Part shown: piece by piece, positions 57,994 through 64,000 of the stretch
Layout of the letters: each line of letters begins with the position of its first letter
Numbering within the stretch: the stretch's first letter is position 1
Sequence record: PP942979.1
Strand: one strand, 5' to 3'
Length of the DNA stretch: 64,000 bases
Notes under the pieces: generated by a model
What the model saw: only the letters and a program-made list of their open reading frames with translations
Told to the model about the DNA's origin: nothing
The model's database searches: none
Translations under genes and position numbers: made by a program

Positions 57994-59175
57994 TTAGGCT
58001 CCGGCGCCTTCTGGGGCTTTATAGCCTTGCAGGAAGAAGATACGCATACCGGTGTTGTTCGGACTGTTAGCAGTCAGAGCTTTGTAGGTACGCTTCTTCG
58101 CAGTGCTGCCGTCGTCTTCGGTCTCGTTATAGACCTGAACGTCGATCAGAGTACCGTTGGAGATAACGTCAGCAGACGCATAACCAACCATATCCATTTC
58201 GTACGGATAGCTATAGCGCTGAGTGTTGAAGCCAGCAGGCAGACGGAAGTCGAAGTGGTTATCTTCGGAGAACGGAACCATCTGATACGGGTTCAGCACA
58301 GCAGAGCTATCCGCGCTGTGGACATGCGCAGGTGCCGGCAGAGTCGGTGCGTTAACATCAGACTCACGCACAGTATAGCGCATGATCTGGTACGAGCCAG
58401 GACTGCCTGGGACAGGACGCACTTCGTCGTTGTTGTTCATGGAGCCACCGCCGTTCACAGAGAACATGCAGAACAGAGGAGCTTTACCATCGACAACCAC
58501 AGTACCATCGGAGTTGATAGCACGTTGAATTACCAGCCACGCGCCGCGGCAGCCATCAGAGTCACGACCTTCAATCTGAATGTGAATCGCAACGCCGTGA
58601 TCAGACAGAGCGATGTGGTACGTGAACGGAGTAGCTTCCGGGTCAGCGAACACAAGGCTATCAGAGCTGGTCTGGCCAGTAGGCTGAGTAGTAGCAGGCG
58701 GATATGCCATGGTGCCTGCGTAGAACGTGGTGTTACCCTGATTAGCGATACCGCGATGCCAGAAATACACTTCGTTGTCACCGGAACTGGCGTTGAACTG
58801 GTTGCTGGTAGAACGACCGCCAATCTGACCAGCGTATTCGTTAATGGTAGTGCCGCCAATGTTCACAGCACCAGTCTTAGAGATGATGCCCATGTCAGAG
58901 ATCTGCTCAGGCGCAGCACAGAAAAGCTGAGTACGCTTCTCTGAGCCTTTCATCGCCAGACGCCAGCGCTGTTGACCTGCACCAGTACCAGCGATCGGGT
59001 CGATGGTGTTAGTAGCCTCAACAACAAACGACTGGAGGTCAGTCGAAGGGATAGTTGAAGAAATAGTGCCGTTGACACTCACCAGCTTGAAGCCGTTATC
59101 AACCAAATCCTGCAGGATTGATTTCCACATTTTCAGGTTGCTGGTGAAGCCAGATTTCACGATCAGTTTGTTCAT
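57994..59175 (-). CDS. Abundant tail-associated structural protein (paralogue of 59194..60180)
   Basis: Shares DL...GF.L..V.G, DHG.A.HI..EG.D, P.....NP.Q.V and D..GY.SADV with its neighbour; strong codon bias. Confidence 0.75.
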   Translation of the reverse strand: MNKLIVKSGFTSNLKMWKSILQDLVDNGFKLVSVNGTISSTIPSTDLQSFVVEATNTIDPIAGTGAGQQRWRLAMKGSEKRTQLFCAAPEQISDMGIISKTGAVNIGGTTINEYAGQIGGRSTSNQFNASSGDNEVYFWHRGIANQGNTTFYAGTMAYPPATTQPTGQTSSDSLVFADPEATPFTYHIALSDHGVAIHIQIEGRDSDGCRGAWLVIQRAINSDGTVVVDGKAPLFCMFSVNGGGSMNNNDEVRPVPGSPGSYQIMRYTVRESDVNAPTLPAPAHVHSADSSAVLNPYQMVPFSEDNHFDFRLPAGFNTQRYSYPYEMDMVGYASADVISNGTLIDVQVYNETEDDGSTAKKRTYKALTANSPNNTGMRIFFLQGYKAPEGAGA

Positions 59176-59193
59176 GAGTTGTTATCCCCTTAA

Positions 59194-60180
59194 TTAAGCC
59201 GCGTCGCCCAGGCCGATAGGAAGCATCAGACGCATACCACGGTTGTCTTTACCGTTAGCGTTCATGCCCAGGTATTTGGTTTTGTTCGTTGCTTTCAGAG
59301 GGTTCAACTGCACTTCGGAACCAGCGGAGAGAACGTCAGCAGACGTATAACCCAGCATGTCCAGTGTAGCGAAGTACACATAGCGCTGAGTGTTGATCAT
59401 CTGCGGGAACAGAACGATAGCACGGTTGCCTTCTGCGATCATAACCTGCTGGAGCGGGTTGATGATAGGAGCAGAGTCAGGCGTAGGCTGAACAGCAGAC
59501 AGTGGAACCGTAGCAGAGTAAATACCCTCTTCGATTACAGTGTAACGCTGAATAGCTTCTGGCTTGATGGTATCAGGGTCACCACCAAGTCCGCCGCCGC
59601 AGGAGAAGATGGCGAACAGCGGGCTGTGATCGCCAGGCGTAGTGTCGCTAGCCTGTACGCCACGCTGAACAACAAACCAGCTAAATGCAGTACCGGTGTT
59701 GTCGAAGCCTTCTGCGTTGATATGCAGAGCAATACCGTGGTCGGTAGTGATGAAGTCATACGTCAGCGGGTATGCAGACAGGTCAGCGGTCGTGTCCATC
59801 TTCCAGTCGTTGACCAGATCGATGAAGAAGTTCGCAGCCAGACCAGACTTGGACATACGGCCAACTTCTACAGTTGCAGAACGTTTAGCGGCAGTGAAGT
59901 CAGTCTGATTTACCTGATTGTCAGGCAAGACGTTGATCGACAGGGTTTTACCTGTGTTGTCAGCAGCGAGGATAATGCCCCACTTCTGAGTGTCATACAG
60001 GGGGTCAACCGCATCGGATGCTTCCAGATAGAAAGACTTAGCGGTCGGTGTTACGGTGCTTCCGGTCTTGCCGTCAACAGCAATCAGCGTGAAGCCGGCC
60101 GTAATCATTTTGCTGACCAGATCGCGAGTCAGAGCTTCCAGACCCACGAGCTTAGTAGCAGTTACACGTTGAATAGCCAT
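59194..60180 (-). CDS. Tail-associated structural protein (paralogue of 57994..59175)
   Basis: Tandem paralogue; shared motifs listed for 57994..59175. Confidence 0.75.
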   Translation of the reverse strand: MAIQRVTATKLVGLEALTRDLVSKMITAGFTLIAVDGKTGSTVTPTAKSFYLEASDAVDPLYDTQKWGIILAADNTGKTLSINVLPDNQVNQTDFTAAKRSATVEVGRMSKSGLAANFFIDLVNDWKMDTTADLSAYPLTYDFITTDHGIALHINAEGFDNTGTAFSWFVVQRGVQASDTTPGDHSPLFAIFSCGGGLGGDPDTIKPEAIQRYTVIEEGIYSATVPLSAVQPTPDSAPIINPLQQVMIAEGNRAIVLFPQMINTQRYVYFATLDMLGYTSADVLSAGSEVQLNPLKATNKTKYLGMNANGKDNRGMRLMLPIGLGDAA

Positions 60181-60187
60181 ACGGTTA

Positions 60188-60973
60188 TCACTCCATTACC
60201 AGATAGGTTACAGTGAGTTTCGGTTTCGACGGTGATGTGCCGATGTTCTTCATGCGCCACGAAATCGTAGGCGTATTGTCTTTGTTAGACAGGAAGGAGT
60301 ATCGACGCAGCTTACGAATGATTGGATTGCCTTCGCTATCTTCATCCGTAAACACACCATCATCTTCGAGAAAATTAGCAGAGGAACGGAATATATACGG
60401 GTTTCTGTCGTCTCGCAGTGAACTTTGATATGCGGTAAGTTCCACATCAAAGGCATTGAGTTTAACAGAAAGGAGCATAACCGTTTTATTCATTGCCAGA
60501 TCGAAATCAAGCTGTTGGCCAGGAGTGATATAGTTGGCGGCTTCGTACTCTACAGTCTTACGCACACCAGCCTGTTCATTACCACTCATATCAACCCAGA
60601 ACATCGTACCGTTAGCACCAGACATGAGGGTCATACCCGCATACTGAGGTTCAGGCACTTGCTTACTAGGGTCGAGGCCTACAATTGTCAGACCTGTTTC
60701 ATCCACAGCAGTCACGAACGGCGACTCGAACTTATATTCAGAGCCACCGAATTTCGCTTCTTCCCACGTTACGTTATCTGCACCAAGCTGATACATCGTC
60801 TTGGTCTCAGTGACGTAGCACAACATCCCAGGCTTTTTATTGCCGACAGACATTGTATCACGATCATTGAGCGTAGGCAGACAGCGCATACCCCCTCGAA
60901 GATATTTATCCTCAAGGAGGTATGGGAGTGCTGCGGATGCGGGCAACAGGAACGAAGTCATGTTAACCGGCAT
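60188..60973 (-). CDS. Fibre-associated protein
   Basis: N-terminal DKYLRGG.......RD......K.GML.YV......YQL module common in phage fibre proteins. Confidence 0.7.
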   Translation of the reverse strand: MPVNMTSFLLPASAALPYLLEDKYLRGGMRCLPTLNDRDTMSVGNKKPGMLCYVTETKTMYQLGADNVTWEEAKFGGSEYKFESPFVTAVDETGLTIVGLDPSKQVPEPQYAGMTLMSGANGTMFWVDMSGNEQAGVRKTVEYEAANYITPGQQLDFDLAMNKTVMLLSVKLNAFDVELTAYQSSLRDDRNPYIFRSSANFLEDDGVFTDEDSEGNPIIRKLRRYSFLSNKDNTPTISWRMKNIGTSPSKPKLTVTYLVME

Positions 60974-60983
60974 CCTATTCTCC

Positions 60984-63900
60984 TTACGCGATACCAGAAC
61001 CTGGGTTCGATGAACCGTAGGTCAGTTTAAACGTATACGCCAGATTATCGAACGGGAAGTCGTTACGATAGATAACGTAATCAACACCGTTGATAGTCAC
61101 TTCGGCAGGACCAGCAAAGTTGAAGTCATCAAACTCCAACGCACCATCCCATGAACCAGCAAAGCCCTGTACTGACTCAACGAAGTAACCGTAGCCGAGA
61201 GACTTCGGCCACGCAACGTAGAAGAACACGTTGTTCGTTGAGGTACTGGTGTTTGCAGGACAGTTCAGGAGCTGTTGTCCAGTCGTAGTCAGCGCGGTTT
61301 GCAGGCCCTGTACGAACGCAGCATCATAGCCAGCTACAGATTTGATCTTAGAGTGAGAGCCGAAGCGAGCACCCAAGTCGGAAGACTGTTGCGGTTTGAG
61401 CGTAACGTCTTTGGTTGCAGTAACTGTCTTACCGTTCTTAACGTAAGTAACGGTGATAGTCACCACAGCATCAGCAGTCACAGCGTTAGACTTCAACGAA
61501 CCGCCAGTAACGCTCAGGCCAGTTGCGGTGCCGGACTTCACAGCCACCGCCCACGTTGTGCCACTATCAGCAGTCACGTCAGGCGTAGTGCCGTCAGACA
61601 GCGTAGCAGTCGCAGTGTACGCGGTAGTCACACCACCGATGATTGACGAAGGACCAGTGATGGTCACAGAGTCAGGAGTCGCAGGCGCTGGCGTGTTCGT
61701 TACAGTCAGGTTCGCAGTTTGCGATTGGCTGTTGTACGAAGCAGTACCAGTGATGATTGCGCTCTGCACGGTGCTTACCGTGTTACCGATGATGGTGTTA
61801 TTGCCTGGGTACGTGAACGCTGTAGTAGAACCAGAGCTACGTGTGATAACAGGCGTCAGGTCGACAGTGGTACTATCAGAGAACGTCAGGCGGAGAATGT
61901 AGGTACCAGTCTCACCTTTGTTCACAGCGGCAGGACCAATCAGCTCGCGCTTAGTGATCGTTGCAGCCTGATTGATAAGCGTAATCACTTTTTCAGGAGC
62001 GTAGGTCTTACCATCAACGGTAACGGCAGCAGCACGGAGCGTAGCAGTCTGGTTCTGGCTAATCGAGTTAGCAGGTACGGTCAGCTTCACGCGAGTTGAA
62101 GTAGAACCGACAGACATAGTTGCATACGCAGCGCCCTGAGGCAGTGACCACGTTGGCAGTGAGGCGTACTCGTTTGTTGCACCCGACAGGCGAGTAACAC
62201 GCACGAAGTAATCACCAGATACAGTGCCCTCAGTGATAGAGTCATCACCGATGATTTCCACTTTCGACACGTCATCGGTTGGTCCAACAACGGTGAACTG
62301 CACGTTACCGGTCTTCGATACAGTACCAACAGTCGCAGCTACGTTGAGCTGGAAAGTCAGAGTGCCGTAGAAGCCGCTCAGTGCTTTCTTGGTGCGAATG
62401 CGCCAGCCAGTTGTTCCACCAGCAACGATCTCAAAGTATTCTTGAGCCGCGGTGGACAGCGTGTAAGACAGTTCGCCGCTAGTACCCTCACGAGTAGTAG
62501 AGTCAGAGAACGTCAGAACGCTATGCAGGTCGCGAGTCACACCGACAGCAGTACCGAAGTCATACACAGGCGATGGCGCTTGCGGCTGAACAGACAGCAG
62601 GCTGATAACGATGATGTTCTTAACAAGCACGGACTTCTGGGCGTTACGTCCGTCGTAGGTTGCACGAATCAGAACAGTTGTGTCCTGAGTCACTTCACCA
62701 GCAGACAGCACACCAGTTTGTGCGATGCTTGCGACGGCACTACCCTGAATCACAGACCACGTCGGTGAAGCTACCTGACGGTCAGTACCATCAGAGAGAA
62801 TTTCCCACGCGGTGTATTGCGCAGTAGTGTTCTCGTTCATCGAATCGTTACCGCGAATCTCCAGAGAGGTCACAGTCGGTGGGTTACCAACGATGGACAC
62901 AGGCAGGGTGGCAGTCTTCGTGATGCCGTTCTCAGTGTACGAAGCGTACAACGTTACGCTGGTGTTAGCGATAGGAACAGCGCCAACAATCAGTTCAGAC
63001 TTATCAAACGTTGCGTAGTTCGAAGCCTGCTGCAAACGGAACTCGTTAGGGCTGATCGTTGCAGTGTGTCCGTCAGAGTAAGTAGCCAGCACTGTATACG
63101 GAGTGGTTGTCTTCTCTTGAACAGACGACGGGCCGACGATCTTAATGCTCGACAGGTCAACGACAGGTACAACATTCACGATTGTAATATCGAGCGTTGC
63201 GGTCTTCGTGATACCGTTCTCCGTGTACGTTGCAGACAGCTTCACAGGAATGTCAGAAGACACTTTGCCTGCGTTGACGGTCTTGTTCACGATAGTAACA
63301 ATATCCAGTCGGTCAGCCGTAAACGTAGTCGGGTCAACCAGCTTGGTGTGGCCGTCAGAGTACGTAGCGAGGAACGTATAGTTCGCGCTCTCTTCACTGC
63401 GGATAGTGTTCGCACCCTGAATAGCAAGAGAGGTCAGCGTTACCGCAGCAGTCTCTTTCAGGATAGTAACGTTCTTGTTACCAGTGACGGTCTGATCTGC
63501 CGTGATGTACGTCGCAGTCAGGACGATGCTGCGGTCCTGCGTTGTCTCTTTCTTCGCAGTCACCACGTTGCCACTGATAGTGGTGTACGTAGTCGGTGCA
63601 GCAACGAAAGAGTTCGGCGTAATCATTTCAGTGTCGCCATTCGACCACGTAATCTTAAACGTGTAGGCTTCACTTTGCTGAGAAGCAATGGTAGAAGAAC
63701 CAAGCACTTCGAGCAGCGTGATCAACTGAGCCTTAACGGTGACGTTCTTTGTCGCGCTAAAGGTCAGGCCGTTATACTGATAAGTAGCAGTCAGTTTGAC
63801 CACGGTATCAGTAGAGACTTTCTTCGCAGTACCCTGCAGGCCAACGAGAGACAGAGCGTTCGCGTTATCCACCGTGAAGTTCGACGGCATGATAGTTGCG

Positions 63901-64000
63901 ACGTTACCGGACTTGTAGCGAGCAGTCACGGTGTAGGTCTCTTTCTGCTTATAGATCAGCGTGTCAGCACCAACGATGGAGATAGATACCAGCTCGTCGT
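60984..64000 (-). CDS. Ig-like repeat (Big_2-like) fibre protein, 5' end beyond the window
   Basis: About nine ~90-aa repeats (L.SL.I.G...I......Y...ATYSDG). The frame stays open to 64000 (...DELVSISIVGADTL...), so the GTG at 63929 is internal. Confidence 0.85.
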   Translation of the reverse strand, partial: DELVSISIVGADTLIYKQKETYTVTARYKSGNVATIMPSNFTVDNANALSLVGLQGTAKKVSTDTVVKLTATYQYNGLTFSATKNVTVKAQLITLLEVLGSSTIASQQSEAYTFKITWSNGDTEMITPNSFVAAPTTYTTISGNVVTAKKETTQDRSIVLTATYITADQTVTGNKNVTILKETAAVTLTSLAIQGANTIRSEESANYTFLATYSDGHTKLVDPTTFTADRLDIVTIVNKTVNAGKVSSDIPVKLSATYTENGITKTATLDITIVNVVPVVDLSSIKIVGPSSVQEKTTTPYTVLATYSDGHTATISPNEFRLQQASNYATFDKSELIVGAVPIANTSVTLYASYTENGITKTATLPVSIVGNPPTVTSLEIRGNDSMNENTTAQYTAWEILSDGTDRQVASPTWSVIQGSAVASIAQTGVLSAGEVTQDTTVLIRATYDGRNAQKSVLVKNIIVISLLSVQPQAPSPVYDFGTAVGVTRDLHSVLTFSDSTTREGTSGELSYTLSTAAQEYFEIVAGGTTGWRIRTKKALSGFYGTLTFQLNVAATVGTVSKTGNVQFTVVGPTDDVSKVEIIGDDSITEGTVSGDYFVRVTRLSGATNEYASLPTWSLPQGAAYATMSVGSTSTRVKLTVPANSISQNQTATLRAAAVTVDGKTYAPEKVITLINQAATITKRELIGPAAVNKGETGTYILRLTFSDSTTVDLTPVITRSSGSTTAFTYPGNNTIIGNTVSTVQSAIITGTASYNSQSQTANLTVTNTPAPATPDSVTITGPSSIIGGVTTAYTATATLSDGTTPDVTADSGTTWAVAVKSGTATGLSVTGGSLKSNAVTADAVVTITVTYVKNGKTVTATKDVTLKPQQSSDLGARFGSHSKIKSVAGYDAAFVQGLQTALTTTGQQLLNCPANTSTSTNNVFFYVAWPKSLGYGYFVESVQGFAGSWDGALEFDDFNFAGPAEVTINGVDYVIYRNDFPFDNLAYTFKLTYGSSNPGSGIA

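Noticed and set aside
1-64000. Alternative genetic code or diversity-generating retroelement
   Set aside because: Genes tile the window under the standard code without in-frame stops, and there is no reverse transcriptase or template/variable repeat pair.

Overview
This 64-kb window is a gene-dense late/structural region of a large (jumbo-type) myophage genome. All credible genes are on the minus strand, and both window edges cut genes. In transcription order (right to left) it encodes: Ig-like-repeat fibre proteins and other tail-associated proteins; an acidic protein; an NAD-dependent DNA ligase; a GT2/TPR glycosyltransferase; the head module (HK97-type prohead protease, HExxH peptidase, Zn-ribbon acidic scaffold-like protein, decoration protein, major capsid protein); tail sheath, tube and tube-like proteins; hub chaperones; a tape-measure-like protein with a muramidase-like domain; baseplate hub and spike; Nudix, MmcB-like and thymidylate kinase genes; PAAR, gp25-like and baseplate wedge genes; and a cluster of collagen-like fibres, one ending in a complete Hint mini-intein. 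The gene content resembles Y3/Lu11-type 'hairy' jumbo myophages; this is an inference and no database search was run. The most striking feature is the only large non-coding gap (~20465-21800). On the minus strand it folds into a dense series of helices with G-U wobble pairs and UUCG loops, carries internally repeated motifs and ends at its own terminator. It looks like an undescribed ~1.2-kb structured ncRNA. Other notable signals are an 8-bp putative late promoter (GCTAATTT) and a recurrent S-x-S motif in head-associated proteins that may be the maturation-protease site.
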